Counted from the stretch's first letter, positions 1-10,524 are shown. The stretch: DNA of 64,000 nucleotides from Escherichia coli (GCF_002854065.1 NZ_CP024147.1), one strand, 5' to 3'. Notes: generated from the sequence alone by a model not told the origin. A program made the numbers and translations.

Positions 1-515
1 GCCCCTTTAGCGGGTACCATGCCTGCTTTTTCAATTTCTTTGTCATTCGCAAAAAATTGATTAAAGGTAATATTAAAAACTGTCGGATTATCAACGCGGA
101 GCTGATTACCGTTACGCGTAAATCGCAGTTCATTTGGCGCGGTTTTTACATCACCCTTTAAACCTGCCGGGCGATAAAAAAGTTTGATTCGGGTGCGAAC
201 GGCAATCTGCAAAACATTTTTGTTTTCGCTGTCGTCACTTTTAGATGGAATGGCTTTCACATTAACCCAGTAGACCGATTCGCGATCCTGAGGCAGGCCG
301 GGCGTAATATTCACAATACGCAAAATATTGTTCTTTTCTGGATCAAGCTTGAATAGTGGGGGCGTAATAATAAACGGTGTTTTTTTGCTGCCCGCGGCAT
401 CATCCACCCAGGATTGGATAAGAAACTCTTCCGTCTTACTTTTATTCTGTACGGTCAGCGGGTGATGCTGCCAACTTACTGATTTAGTGTATGATGGTGT
501 TTTTGAGGTGCTCCA

Positions 516-791
516 GTGGCTTCTGTTTCTATCAGCTGTCCCTCCTGTTCAGCTACTGACGGGGTGGTGCGTAACGGCAAAAGCACCGCCGGACATCAGC
601 GCTATCTCTGCTCTCACTGCCGTAAAACATGGCAACTGCAGTTCACTTACACCGCTTCTCAACCCGGTACGCACCAGAAAATCATTGATATGGCCATGAA
701 TGGCGTTGGATGCCGGGCAACTGCCCGCATTATGGGCGTTGGCCTCAACACGATTTTACGTCACTTAAAAAACTCAGGCCGCAGTCGGTAA
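516..791 (+). CDS. insA: IS1 InsA
   Basis: 91-aa [46 protein letters not shown]..., recognised as IS1 InsA. Confidence 0.95.
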
Positions 792-1213
792 CCTCGCGCA
801 TACAGCCGGGCAGTGACGTCATCGTCTGCGCGGAAATGGACGAACAGTGGGGCTATGTCGGGGCTAAATCGCGCCAGCGCTGGCTGTTTTACGCGTATGA
901 CAGTCTCCGGAAGACGGTTGTTGCGCACGTATTCGGTGAACGCACTATGGCGACGCTGGGGCGTCTTATGAGCCTGCTGTCACCCTTTGACGTGGTGATA
1001 TGGATGACGGATGGCTGGCCGCTGTATGAATCCCGCCTGAAGGGAAAGCTGCACGTAATCAGCAAGCGATATACGCAGCGAATTGAGCGGCATAACCTGA
1101 ATCTGAGGCAGCACCTGGCACGGCTGGGACGGAAGTCGCTGTCGTTCTCAAAATCGGTGGAGCTGCATGACAAAGTCATCGGGCATTATCTGAACATAAA
1201 ACACTATCAATAA
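710..1213 (+). CDS. insB: IS1 insB' frame, expressed as InsAB' transposase by a -1 frameshift
   Basis: The frame encodes ...[28 protein letters not shown]...HYLNIKHYQ. The A6C slippery run is at 767-773, inside the insA/insB' overlap. Confidence 0.9.
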
Positions 1214-1381
1214 GTTGGAGTCATTACCCGGTCAGCGAGGCTTCTTTCTTACTGCCATCATAAATTACGCGAGTAGAGCTAAGTCCGACGCCACCCGCCA
1301 GAACTGACTGTGAAAGGAACAGAGAGAGAGCCAACGCAACAAATTTACTTTTCATCATTCGATCCATGAACTTTGACGACT

Positions 1382-1405
1382 AATGGCGGCAATTACGCCG
1401 CCATT
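1382..1405 (-). promoter_or_regulatory. Intercistronic hairpin between the major subunit and chaperone genes
   Basis: Inverted repeat AATGGCGGC (1382-1390) / GCCGCCATT (1397-1405) with no following T-run. It resembles the attenuating stem-loops seen after pilin genes in chaperone-usher operons. Confidence 0.45.
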
Positions 1406-1419
1406 TGTAAAACGGACGA

Positions 1420-1944
1420 TTACTCGTAAGACAGGTTGAAATCGACCTGCGCATTGCCGTAACCGGTCGTTACCGTTGCCAGAGTTGAAACGTAGTTGGC
1501 GGTAAAGTAGAGAACCGTCTGGCCTGTTTTCAGGTCAACACTTGCTTTACCACCGTTAAGAGCGACCAGGGTGTTGCTGTTATCATAAATACCGATACCA
1601 ACACCTTTGGCCGCACCTGCTTCAGTGCTAACAGAAATCAGATCAGATTTATCTGCATCACCAACACCAGTAAAGCTCACATTGGCTTTTTTCATCGTTG
1701 TGGTATCGCAATCTTCCAGTTTGATTTCGAAAGGTTTCGCCGGGGATTTGTCACCAACCGCAGCAAATACAGATTTTTGTACCTGACCCAACACAACTTC
1801 CTGGTTCTGAGAGTCAACGGACAGTACGCAAGGTGAATCCACGATCTCGCCTGTAAATTTAACCGTACCATCACCAGATTCTGCTGCAAATGCAGAGCCG
1901 GAGGTTAACGCCAGTGCAGTTAAGGCAAAAACGACCTTTTTCAT
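1420..1944 (-). CDS. lpfA: Fimbrial major subunit, long-polar-fimbriae type
   Basis: It has a Sec signal MKKVVFALTALALTSGSAFA|AE, a Cys pair and a C-terminal ...NAQVDFNLSYE typical of type-1-like pilins. The start was moved to ATG 1944, which follows a GGAG. The position beside yhjX matches the lpf1 locus of other E. coli (from memory). Confidence 0.8.
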   Translation of the reverse strand: MKKVVFALTALALTSGSAFAAESGDGTVKFTGEIVDSPCVLSVDSQNQEVVLGQVQKSVFAAVGDKSPAKPFEIKLEDCDTTTMKKANVSFTGVGDADKSDLISVSTEAGAAKGVGIGIYDNSNTLVALNGGKASVDLKTGQTVLYFTANYVSTLATVTTGYGNAQVDFNLSYE

Positions 1945-2235
1945 GAAAAACTCCATTTTATTAAATCACATTAATTAGCAAATAGTGATGCTTTAACATT
2001 GCATCAACTTTGAAGGCGGGATTATACAAATAAACAAGGAAAAGAAAATTAAGAGGATAAAATATCAATAAATTAAGAAAGTGTGAATTTTGATTTAAAT
2101 CACTAAGTTGCCTTTCGGGATAAAAAATCAGGAATGATTTTTAGGAAAAAACAAATACAAAATATCAATTAATCAATCCATATACATTCACTTTGTAAAT
2201 ATATAGAGTTTTGTAATCTCCTTATTATTTTAAAC

Positions 2236-2260
2236 GAAAAAAAGGGGCTCTCTCGCCCCT
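2236..2260 (-). terminator. Rho-independent terminator of yhjX
   Basis: Stem GGGGC (2244-2248) / GCCCC (2255-2259), followed on the minus strand by a T-run (plus-strand A-run 2237-2243). Confidence 0.7.
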
Positions 2261-2284
2261 TCGTTAATAACCAACGCCATCTCA

Positions 2285-3487
2285 TTAAATATGCGCCTCA
2301 CGCAACACTTTCTGCTGCGGCTGGCGAATGGTGGTGGAAAGTGCCAGGGAAATAATCAGCAGAGCAAAGATGACGCAGAAAGTCACATAAAATCCACCGA
2401 ATAGCGAGGCGATAATCGAACCGCAAATGCTGCCGATACCAAAACCGAGGTAAATCACACCGTAGTTTTTCGCCAGATTATTGAGGCCGAAGAACTCACT
2501 AACCAGTGACGGGAAAACGGTAATGGTGCCGCCGAAGTTAAATGCTACACAAGCAATCGCGGCGAAGAATGTTAACGCGTTAAGCGGTGCAAACAGCAGA
2601 GCAGCCATGCCCACCAGTGACACTACCTGACCAATGGTGATGACGCGAATACGCGAGATTTTGTCAGACAGAATACCCAGCACCAGGCGCCCGCTAAGGT
2701 TGGCGATGGAAATAACAGTGACTGCATTGGCTGCAGAAACCACATCAAGGTGTGCCAGACTTTGGGCGATATCTTTCGCTACCCCAATCACGTACAGGCC
2801 GCTCATGCAGGCAGTCAGGAACATTACCGCTAACATCCAGTACTGCGGTTTACGCATCGACTCTGCCAGCGTGTAATCTTTCTCCACCACACCATTGCTG
2901 GTTTTCACTTCCTGTTTTGGTGCGTCTTTCATTAACGTTGCGCCGAAAACAATCATCACCAGCGCAATCGCTCCCCAAATCACAAAGGTTTTTTCCAGAC
3001 CGACCGTTTCCAGCAGCTGCGTGTCGATAAATTTGAAACCCAGGCTACCCAGACCATAAGAACCGATAGCGAACGCGGAGATCAGACCTTTACGCTCCGG
3101 GAACCATTTCACGCAGTTAGAGAGCGTCAGCAGGTAACCCGCGCCATCCGCCAGACCGACCAGCACACCGGCGCTTAACCACAGCATCATCAGGTTGTCA
3201 GAATGCGCTGTCAGGAAGAACCCTAATCCCAGCAAAATGCCGGAAGCGATGGTGACGCGTTTAACACCAAAACGTTCCTGCAATTTGCCCGCAACAGAAG
3301 ACGAAATTGCCAGCCCCAGACTTAACAAGCCGAAAGAGAAAGCGACCTGGCTTACCGGCGCATCCAGCTTGGCGGAAAGCGCGCCGTTAAACAGGCTCCA
3401 GGTATAAACCGACCCCAGCGCAAACTGGGTAATGATAGTACCGATGAGTGTCAGCCAGCGGGTACGCTGATAATTTGAAGGTGTCAT
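2285..3487 (-). CDS. yhjX: MFS transporter YhjX (pyruvate-inducible)
   Basis: The protein from MTPSNYQRTRWLTLIGTIITQFALGSVYTW... is recognised as E. coli YhjX. The start was trimmed to ATG 3487. Confidence 0.93.
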   Translation of the reverse strand: MTPSNYQRTRWLTLIGTIITQFALGSVYTWSLFNGALSAKLDAPVSQVAFSFGLLSLGLAISSSVAGKLQERFGVKRVTIASGILLGLGFFLTAHSDNLMMLWLSAGVLVGLADGAGYLLTLSNCVKWFPERKGLISAFAIGSYGLGSLGFKFIDTQLLETVGLEKTFVIWGAIALVMIVFGATLMKDAPKQEVKTSNGVVEKDYTLAESMRKPQYWMLAVMFLTACMSGLYVIGVAKDIAQSLAHLDVVSAANAVTVISIANLSGRLVLGILSDKISRIRVITIGQVVSLVGMAALLFAPLNALTFFAAIACVAFNFGGTITVFPSLVSEFFGLNNLAKNYGVIYLGFGIGSICGSIIASLFGGFYVTFCVIFALLIISLALSTTIRQPQQKVLREAHI

Positions 3488-3570
3488 GGCAGTATTCCTG
3501 CAGTAATAAAAAGGAAAAATCTCTGCCGACAACCATAACGAAGTGCACTTTATGCCTGGGGAAAAACGGC

Positions 3571-3601
3571 ATGAAATGCCATCAGAACGGAATGAAATGC
3601 C
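3571..3601 (-). promoter_or_regulatory. YpdB (LytTR response regulator) binding direct repeat in the yhjX promoter
   Basis: ATGAAATGCC at 3571-3580 and again at 3592-3601, separated by exactly 11 nt. On the yhjX strand this reads GGCATTTCAT-N11-GGCATTTCAT, the motif I recall for YpdB. Confidence 0.7.
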
Positions 3602-3715
3602 TTAGTTCAGGAATGAATGACGCGACAATTATTCACCAAATTTATTATTTGGTAAGTTAGCACCCACTATCGCCACAACTATTGTTATTCAATGGTTTCA
3701 ATTGTGATTGTTACG

Positions 3716-4420
3716 TTAAAATCTGGCACTAACCCCCATCGTATACAGATAATCGCTATTGTTAGTGGTATTTTCTGCCTGAGATAGCGCGGCATAGGCG
3801 GCAATATTTTGATTGAGCAACATATCAGCGCCTACGGTGACATCCAGCCAGTTGCCGTTCTGGTTTGTCGCCGTCATCCGGCTCAGGCCTGATTGCGCCT
3901 TCCAGATATTCTCGCCAAATTGCTGGTTATAGCTGATTTGCGCCCAGGGTCGGAGATCGCCAAGCCGGGAGTCAACACGCCAGCCTAAGGTACTCACGCT
4001 GGCATGCCATAACGGATCGGTCAGCGTGGTAGTACTGTCGCCAAACTCGTTATACATCGAGGTGGTTGTGCCATCGTAATGTAATGCCGCGACCGGGCCA
4101 GTTGTAACCTGTTCATATAAAGGAAAATTCCAGCCCATACTCATACTGCTGGTCACATCCACAGGGGTTTCTTCCGCCAGATTGACTTCCAGTCCCAGCG
4201 CCCTTTGGCTACTTTGAATACGTTGCGACAAAATATCGTTGTAATCAGGTTGATGATCACTATCCCAGGTGTAACGCTCTGTGGAATGCCCGGGTTGCGT
4301 ATCAACGATATATTCTTGTTGCCAGGCGTAAGCTGTGTTGAGAAAAAAGGCACTGATTACCACACTCGCCAGCAGGCTTAGCTGCCAGCGACCACCGCTT
4401 TTTTTTATGATCATTAACAC
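3716..4420 (-). CDS. yhjY: Putative outer-membrane beta-barrel protein YhjY
   Basis: 234-aa ORF with signal-like N-terminus ...WQLSLLASVVISAFFLNTAYA and a C-terminal ...YLYTMGVSARF (terminal Phe). Recognised as YhjY. Confidence 0.85.
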   Translation of the reverse strand: MLMIIKKSGGRWQLSLLASVVISAFFLNTAYAWQQEYIVDTQPGHSTERYTWDSDHQPDYNDILSQRIQSSQRALGLEVNLAEETPVDVTSSMSMGWNFPLYEQVTTGPVAALHYDGTTTSMYNEFGDSTTTLTDPLWHASVSTLGWRVDSRLGDLRPWAQISYNQQFGENIWKAQSGLSRMTATNQNGNWLDVTVGADMLLNQNIAAYAALSQAENTTNNSDYLYTMGVSARF

Positions 4421-4571
4421 GACTCCAGGGAAGAGCCGAATTCGGCAATATTATTGTCATTGTATGAAGGATATCGGGCATAGTAGCCCTGTATTAAATA
4501 TTGACTTTTTCACCGATGCGTCAAGAAAAGCGGCTGAAATTTTTACGATCGGGTACATAGCGAGGGAAAGT

Positions 4572-5135
4572 ATGGAACGTTGCGGCTGGGTGAGTCAGGA
4601 CCCGCTTTATATTGCCTACCATGATAATGAGTGGGGCGTGCCTGAAACTGACAGTAAAAAACTGTTCGAAATGATCTGCCTGGAAGGGCAGCAGGCTGGG
4701 TTATCGTGGATCACCGTCCTCAAAAAACGCGAAAACTATCGCGCCTGCTTTCATCAGTTCGATCCGGTGAAGGTTGCCGCAATGCAGGAAGAGGATATCG
4801 AAAGACTGGTACAGGACGCCGGGATTATCCGCCATCGCGGGAAAATTCAGGCAATTATTGGTAATGCGCGGGCGTACCTGCAAATGGAACAGAACGGCGA
4901 ACCGTTTGCCGACTTTGTCTGGTCGTTTGTAAATCATCAGCCACAGGTGACACAAGCCACAACGTTGAGCGAAATCCCCACATCTACGCCCGCCTCCGAC
5001 GCCCTATCTAAGGCACTGAAAAAACGTGGTTTTAAGTTTGTCGGTACCACAATCTGTTACTCCTTTATGCAGGCATGTGGGCTGGTGAATGATCATGTGG
5101 TTGGCTGCTGTTGCTATCCGGGAAATAAACCATGA
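4572..5135 (+). CDS. tag: 3-methyladenine DNA glycosylase I
   Basis: MERCGWVSQDPLYIAYHDNEWGVPETDSKKLFEMICLEGQQAGLSW... is recognised as Tag. The ORF-track start at 4335 is an upstream extension. Confidence 0.95.
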   Translation: MERCGWVSQDPLYIAYHDNEWGVPETDSKKLFEMICLEGQQAGLSWITVLKKRENYRACFHQFDPVKVAAMQEEDIERLVQDAGIIRHRGKIQAIIGNARAYLQMEQNGEPFADFVWSFVNHQPQVTQATTLSEIPTSTPASDALSKALKKRGFKFVGTTICYSFMQACGLVNDHVVGCCCYPGNKP

Positions 5136-5572
5136 TTAGGGAAGCGCAACGTTCAGAACTCCCCGCGATCCTCGAACTGTGGCTGGAAAGTACAACCTGG
5201 GGCCATCCCTTTATAAAAGCGAATTACTGGCGCGAGTGCATTCCGCTGGTGCGGGATGCCTATCTTGCCAACGCACAAAACTGGGTCTGGGAAGAAGACA
5301 GTAAGCTTCTCGGTTTTGTCAGCATTATGGAAGGCCGATTTCTGGCAGCGATGTTTGTCGCACCGAAGGCCGTCAGGCGCGGTATTGGTAAGGCGCTGAT
5401 GCAGTATGTGCAACAGCGCCATCCCCATCTGATGCTGGAGGTTTATCAAAAAAATCAACCGGCGATAGATTTTTACCAGGCGCAGGGTTTTCACATTGTC
5501 GATTGCGCATGGCAGGATGAAACCCAACTACCCACCTGGATTATGAGCTGGCCGGTGGTTCAAACGCTGTAA
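5132..5572 (+). CDS. yiaC: GNAT-family N-acetyltransferase YiaC
   Basis: 146-aa ORF whose start overlaps the tag stop (ATGA at 5132-5135). It carries the GNAT motif [11 protein letters not shown]. Confidence 0.9.
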   Translation: MIREAQRSELPAILELWLESTTWGHPFIKANYWRECIPLVRDAYLANAQNWVWEEDSKLLGFVSIMEGRFLAAMFVAPKAVRRGIGKALMQYVQQRHPHLMLEVYQKNQPAIDFYQAQGFHIVDCAWQDETQLPTWIMSWPVVQTL

Positions 5573-7874
5573 GTGTCAGTTCCGGACCGTTGTATTTTTC
5601 TAGCCATGCCAGCGCCGTATTACCCGCACAGCCATTCCCCAGCCGCGAGCTGGGGAGATCTTTGGTCAGCACGTTGACTGCGCCGTTTTTACAAATACCG
5701 TCAGCGGTTAAATCCAAATCCGGCCATGCCCCTTCGTGAATACAAATCACGCCAGGTTTAATTCCCTCGCTAATGACCGCTCCGGCAAGAATTTGCCCGC
5801 GTGCGTTCCACAGCCGAACAGTATCGCCATCTTGTATGCCGCGCGCCTGGGCATCGTCAGGATGAATGGTGACAGGCTCACGGTTTGCCACCGCGTACAA
5901 TTCGCGCAGAGAACTGTAATTCAGCTGGCTGTGCAGACGATGCGCCGGATGAGCAGAAAGTACCTGTAACTGTTCCGGTTCGGCATTGCCCTGCCATTCG
6001 TCCGGCACCAGCCACATTGGATGCCCCGGGCAATCCGGATAAGCGTAATCGGCAATACGCTGCGAGAAGATTTCAATCTTACTGCTGGCGGTTTTTAATG
6101 GATGCACCTGCGGATCCCGGCAAAAATCAGCGAAGCGAATAAACCGCTCGCTGTCCGGGTTTTCCGGCATCTCAATTAACTGATTGGCTTGCCAGAACTC
6201 AGCAAATGGCGGCAATTCAACCTGCTGGCTTGCCCCGCGCTGTCGGGCAACGTTATAAAACGTTTCCAGCCATTGCAGCTCACTTTTTCCTTCCGTAAAA
6301 CGTGCATAACCGCCCTTCTCCCAGCGTTCACTTAACTCGGCAAAAACATCAAAATCATTACGCGCTTCATAGCGTGGCGGCACCACTTGCTTCATCGGCA
6401 CCAGATGCTGATTACTATAATCACCGGTCATGGTGAGATCATTACGCTCAAAAGAGGTAGTCGCAGGCAGAACGATATCCGCGTGTTTCGCCGCCGCCGT
6501 CCAGAAGCATTCAGAGATCACCACCAGCTCCGGTTTTTGCCAGGCACGGATCAGGCGATTGGTATCCTGATGATGAGTAAAGTTGGCACCGCCCGCCCAC
6601 CAGATAAAACGAATATCCGGGAAATGTCGGTCCATACCGTTGTGTTGATATGCGCCACCGGGGTTTTCCAGTGCTTCAACAATGCGGGCGACAGGGATTT
6701 TATCTACCGCATCGCAGCCACCCGGCAAGCTGCCCTGCATGGAAGAGAGTACCGCAGCGCGCCGCGTGGGGTTACCACCATTGGCAAAATGGTAAGAAAG
6801 ACCAAAACCGCCGCCGGGTGTGCCGATTTGCCCCAACATTGCTGCCAGCGTGACGATCATCCAGTGTTTTTGCTCACCAAACTGTTGGCGCTGCATTCCC
6901 CAGCCAGCCATCAGCATGGTGGTATTTTGGTGGAAAATAGCCGCCAGCTCGCGGATTTTCGCTGCGCCAACACCACAAATCTCTGCTGCCCATTCGGCGG
7001 TTTTCGCTATTCCGTCACTCTCGCCCAGCAAATAAGAGGCGAAGACGGCATAACCTGTGGTGCAACGCGCCAGAAACGCTTCGTCGTGCCAACCATTTTC
7101 CACCAGCGTATGGGCGATCCCCAGCATCAGCGCAACATCAGTGCCCATGTGCGGTGCCACCCACTCCATTTTATCGCCAAAGAAATCGACGGTTTCCGAT
7201 CGCATTGGATCAATGCAGATCAGCTTTTTCCCGCTGTCACGCAGTGCAGAAAAGTAAGAAAGCCCCTGCTCATCGGATGCATTCCACGCAATTTTCAGCG
7301 TATTGAGTGGGTTAGCACTCCACAGCACCACGACATCGCTATGTTCCAGCACCAGCGGCCAACTGGTCTGCTGTTGATAAACTTCACTACCACCCACGAC
7401 ATACGGCATGATCGCCTGTGCCGCGCCGGTCGAATAATCCCCCAGATGCCCGGTATAACCGCCTGCCAGCGCCATATAGCGTTGTAATAATGTCGAGGCC
7501 TTATGCAGCACGCCGTTTGAACGCCAGCCGTAGGAACCAGCAAAAATCGATGCCGGACCATAAGCCTCACGAATGCGTTTATGTTGTTGGTGAATAAGAT
7601 CCAGCGCCTCATCCCAACTCACGCGAACAAATTCATCCTGCCCACGAATGCCTTGCGGGTTTTCCGGTGACGCGAGAAAGCCTTTGCGCACCATTGGAAA
7701 TCGTACCCGCGTATTGCTGTGAACCTGGTCGCGAACCGCGCTCTGCAAGGAGTTTTCCATTCCTGTGGCTAACGCGCCACGCGAGCTAAACACGGTTTCG
7801 CCGTCGGTTTCAACCAGCATGGGCCCCCAATGGGCGGCAGTCAGAACGGAATATCGTGAGGATGAGTTGGCCAA
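5541..7874 (-). CDS. bisC: Biotin sulfoxide reductase (molybdopterin enzyme)
   Basis: 777-aa [28 protein letters not shown]..., recognised as BisC. The start codon on the minus strand at 7874-7872 is TTG. The 3' end overlaps yiaC convergently by 32 nt. Confidence 0.93.
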   Translation of the reverse strand: MANSSSRYSVLTAAHWGPMLVETDGETVFSSRGALATGMENSLQSAVRDQVHSNTRVRFPMVRKGFLASPENPQGIRGQDEFVRVSWDEALDLIHQQHKRIREAYGPASIFAGSYGWRSNGVLHKASTLLQRYMALAGGYTGHLGDYSTGAAQAIMPYVVGGSEVYQQQTSWPLVLEHSDVVVLWSANPLNTLKIAWNASDEQGLSYFSALRDSGKKLICIDPMRSETVDFFGDKMEWVAPHMGTDVALMLGIAHTLVENGWHDEAFLARCTTGYAVFASYLLGESDGIAKTAEWAAEICGVGAAKIRELAAIFHQNTTMLMAGWGMQRQQFGEQKHWMIVTLAAMLGQIGTPGGGFGLSYHFANGGNPTRRAAVLSSMQGSLPGGCDAVDKIPVARIVEALENPGGAYQHNGMDRHFPDIRFIWWAGGANFTHHQDTNRLIRAWQKPELVVISECFWTAAAKHADIVLPATTSFERNDLTMTGDYSNQHLVPMKQVVPPRYEARNDFDVFAELSERWEKGGYARFTEGKSELQWLETFYNVARQRGASQQVELPPFAEFWQANQLIEMPENPDSERFIRFADFCRDPQVHPLKTASSKIEIFSQRIADYAYPDCPGHPMWLVPDEWQGNAEPEQLQVLSAHPAHRLHSQLNYSSLRELYAVANREPVTIHPDDAQARGIQDGDTVRLWNARGQILAGAVISEGIKPGVICIHEGAWPDLDLTADGICKNGAVNVLTKDLPSSRLGNGCAGNTALAWLEKYNGPELTLTAFEPPASS

Positions 7875-8026
7875 ACCGAAGACTCCTGAAAGGTTAGATG
7901 TATTGAGCAGTTAAATATTACTTACAAATTTCCGAGTATTCCCAGGAATAATCTTCATGTTCACGCGGCATAATCTCCCGCCACGGAACCCGTGGCAAAG
8001 AATAAAAAGGTTATTAAGGATTAACA

Positions 8027-8686
8027 ATGAAGAAACGTGTTTATCTTATTGCCGCCGTAGTGAGTGGCGCTCTGGCGGTATCTGGCTGCACAACTAACCC
8101 TTACACCGGCGAACGCGAAGCAGGTAAATCTGCTATCGGCGCAGGTCTGGGCTCTCTCGTGGGCGCGGGTATTGGTGCGCTCTCTTCTTCGAAGAAAGAT
8201 CGCGGTAAAGGCACGCTGATTGGCGCAGCAGCAGGCGCAGCTCTGGGCGGCGGCGTGGGTTATTACATGGATGTGCAGGAAGCGAAGCTGCGTGACAAAA
8301 TGCGCGGCACTGGTGTTAGTGTAACCCGCAGCGGGGATAACATTATCCTCAATATGCCGAACAATGTGACCTTCGACAGCAGCAGCGCGACCCTGAAACC
8401 TGCGGGCGCTAACACCCTGACCGGCGTGGCAATGGTGCTGAAAGAGTATCCGAAAACGGCGGTTAACGTGATTGGTTATACCGACAGCACGGGTGGTCAC
8501 GATCTGAACATGCGTCTCTCCCAGCAGCGTGCGGATTCCGTTGCCAGCGCGTTGATCACCCAGGGCGTGGACGCCAGCCGCATCCGTACTCAGGGCCTTG
8601 GCCCGGCTAACCCAATCGCCAGCAACAGCACCGCAGAAGGTAAGGCGCAAAACCGCCGTGTAGAAATTACCTTAAGCCCGCTGTAA
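8027..8686 (+). CDS. yiaD: OmpA-domain lipoprotein YiaD
   Basis: Lipobox LAVSGC, a Gly-zipper region and a C-terminal OmpA-like motif (GYTDSTG...NRRVEI). Confidence 0.93.
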   Translation: MKKRVYLIAAVVSGALAVSGCTTNPYTGEREAGKSAIGAGLGSLVGAGIGALSSSKKDRGKGTLIGAAAGAALGGGVGYYMDVQEAKLRDKMRGTGVSVTRSGDNIILNMPNNVTFDSSSATLKPAGANTLTGVAMVLKEYPKTAVNVIGYTDSTGGHDLNMRLSQQRADSVASALITQGVDASRIRTQGLGPANPIASNSTAEGKAQNRRVEITLSPL

Positions 8687-8695
8687 TCCCTTTCA

Positions 8696-8732
8696 TGCCA
8701 GGTGATGCAGAAATCACCTGGCATTCTTCAGT
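8696..8732 (+). terminator. yiaD terminator
   Basis: Stem TGCCAGGTGAT (8696-8706) / ATCACCTGGCA (8713-8723), followed by a T-rich tract. Confidence 0.75.
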
Positions 8733-8789
8733 TTTCCTTCATCATATTTCAGGCTAAGGTGATCGCCTTATCAGTGAATGGAGAGAAGC

Positions 8790-9764
8790 ATGAAGCCGTC
8801 CGTTATCCTCTACAAAGCCTTACCTGATGATTTACTGCAACGCCTGCAAGAGCATTTCACCGTTCACCAGGTGGCAAACCTCAGCCCACAAACCGTCGAT
8901 CAAAATGCAGCAATTTTTGCAGAAGCTGAAGGTTTACTGGGTTCAAACGAGAATGTAGATGCCGCATTGCTGGAAAAAATGCCGAAACTGCGTGCCACAT
9001 CAACGATCTCCGTCGGCTATGACAATTTTGATGTCGATGCGCTTACCGCCCGAAAAATTCTGCTGATGCACACGCCAACCGTATTAACAGAAACCGTCGC
9101 CGATACGCTGATGGCGCTGGTGTTGTCTACCGCTCGTCGGGTTGTGGAGGTAGCAGAACGGGTAAAAGCAGGCGAATGGACCGCGAGCATAGGCCCGGAC
9201 TGGTACGGCACTGACGTTCACCATAAAACACTGGGCATTGTCGGGATGGGACGGATCGGCATGGCGCTGGCACAACGTGCGCACTTTGGCTTCAACATGC
9301 CCATCCTCTATAACGCGCGCCGCCACCATAAAGAAGCAGAAGAACGCTTCAACGCCCGCTACTGCGATTTGGATACACTGTTACAAGAGTCAGATTTCGT
9401 TTGCCTGATCCTGCCGTTAACTGATGAGACGTATCATCTATTTGGCGCAGAACAATTCGCCAAAATGAAATCCTCCGCCATATTCATTAATGCCGGACGT
9501 GGCCCGGTGGTTGATGAAAATGCACTGATTGCTGCATTGCAGAAAGGCGAAATTCACGCCGCCGGGCTGGATGTCTTCGAACAAGAGCCACTTTCCGTAG
9601 ATTCGCCGTTGCTCTCAATGGCCAACGTCGTCGCAGTACCGCATATTGGATCTGCCACCCATGAGACGCGTTATGGCATGGCCGCCTGTGCCGTGGATAA
9701 TTTGATTGATGCGTTACAAGGAAAGGTTGAGAAGAACTGTGTGAATCCGCACGTCGCGGACTAA
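8790..9764 (+). CDS. ghrB: Glyoxylate/hydroxypyruvate/2-ketogluconate reductase B
   Basis: [28 protein letters not shown]... with the D-2-hydroxyacid dehydrogenase motif GIVGMGRIG. Start trimmed to 8790. Confidence 0.93.
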   Translation: MKPSVILYKALPDDLLQRLQEHFTVHQVANLSPQTVDQNAAIFAEAEGLLGSNENVDAALLEKMPKLRATSTISVGYDNFDVDALTARKILLMHTPTVLTETVADTLMALVLSTARRVVEVAERVKAGEWTASIGPDWYGTDVHHKTLGIVGMGRIGMALAQRAHFGFNMPILYNARRHHKEAEERFNARYCDLDTLLQESDFVCLILPLTDETYHLFGAEQFAKMKSSAIFINAGRGPVVDENALIAALQKGEIHAAGLDVFEQEPLSVDSPLLSMANVVAVPHIGSATHETRYGMAACAVDNLIDALQGKVEKNCVNPHVAD

Positions 9765-9782
9765 GCCGCGACTGCGTGGAGT

Positions 9783-9810
9783 AAAGCCCGATAATCGCTC
9801 GGGCTTTTAC
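9783..9810. terminator. Bidirectional terminator shared by ghrB and yiaF
   Basis: Stem AAAGCCCGA (9783-9791) / TCGGGCTTT (9799-9807), with an A-run before it and a T-run after it. Confidence 0.75.
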
Positions 9811-9813
9811 TCT

Positions 9814-10524
9814 TTATTGGGTTGCAGTAACTGCTGTAGTCCAGGCCTGATTAAACGCCTGATGTTGTGCCGGTAATGGCGCAATCAGTTTGTTATATTC
9901 ACTTGCCTGCTGTGAAGTCGGGAACTGGATGCCATTTGCTACAAAGCTCACCTGAGTACCTTGTTGGGCAATGTAGTCTCCAACCATCACCAGTTGTTGC
10001 GTGAAAGTTTGTGCCGCCGGAATCAACGGTTGCAATGCATCAGCTGGCGTCGTTACCACTTTGGTGAATGCCTGATCAAAGACCGGTTTCAGGTCATCAC
10101 TCTGTTTTAGCGCAGAGTGCGCAGCATCGGCCTGCAACTTCGCATTTTGCAGTTGTTGCGCCAGCACACCCAGCGAACCATTCATTTCACGCAGCGGACC
10201 GCTTTGCGTAACGTAATCCTGCGGTACGCGAATTGCGTTAACGCTGTCTACAACCGGGCGCAGACCGGAATCCATCGCCTGATTCACCTGCTGAGAATAA
10301 CCATACAGAATCGCGTAATCAGAGACAAAAGGACCAAACTGTTTTTTCTGATCGGCAGTCAGGGTTGGTAGACGTTCACCGCTACGCATCACTGTATTCT
10401 GCAGGAAGTCGATAAACGCTTTACGCTGATCGCCTTCTTTATCAAAACACCCACTCAGGCTAACTACCATTAATAACGCCGCAAGAGGCGCAAACCAGCG
10501 AGAGCAGGACTTTCCTGTCGCCAT
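9814..10524 (-). CDS. yiaF: Lipoprotein YiaF (DUF3053)
   Basis: MATGKSCSRWFAPLAALLMVVSLSGCFDKEG... (lipobox LSGC). Start trimmed to ATG 10524. Confidence 0.9.
   Translation of the reverse strand: MATGKSCSRWFAPLAALLMVVSLSGCFDKEGDQRKAFIDFLQNTVMRSGERLPTLTADQKKQFGPFVSDYAILYGYSQQVNQAMDSGLRPVVDSVNAIRVPQDYVTQSGPLREMNGSLGVLAQQLQNAKLQADAAHSALKQSDDLKPVFDQAFTKVVTTPADALQPLIPAAQTFTQQLVMVGDYIAQQGTQVSFVANGIQFPTSQQASEYNKLIAPLPAQHQAFNQAWTTAVTATQ

Larger units (their letters stand above)
461..1228 (+). mobile_element. IS1 (768 bp), copy 1
   Basis: The ends are GGTGATGCTGCCAACTTACTGAT... and ...GTTGGAGTCATTACC. It contains the insA and insB' frames. It is flanked by an identical 9-bp direct repeat CGGTCAGCG at 452-460 and 1229-1237. 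Confidence 0.97.
1..1358 (-). pseudogene. lpfB: PapD-like fimbrial periplasmic chaperone (lpfB-type) split by IS1. The 5' piece is 1229-1358 and the 3' piece is 1-460, which runs off the window start.
   Basis: Minus-strand translation from the ATG at 1358 gives MMKSKFVALALSLFLSQSVLAGGVGLSSTRVIYDGSKKEASLT. After IS1 the same frame resumes at 460 (VQNKSKTEEFLIQSWVDD...RTRIKLFYRPAGLKG...), which is a classic chaperone signature. The gene lies directly downstream of the fimbrial major subunit gene. Confidence 0.8.

Noticed and set aside
6387-7487. 366-aa plus-strand ORF inside bisC, together with similar antisense ORFs in yiaD (8021-8650), mtlA (52005-53006 and 53046-53786), mtlD (54622-55233) and GH127 (35462-36010 and 36419-36955).
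   Set aside because: All are antisense to well-supported genes, lack Shine-Dalgarno or start context and domain signatures, and have biased Arg/His/Cys-rich composition typical of shadow frames.
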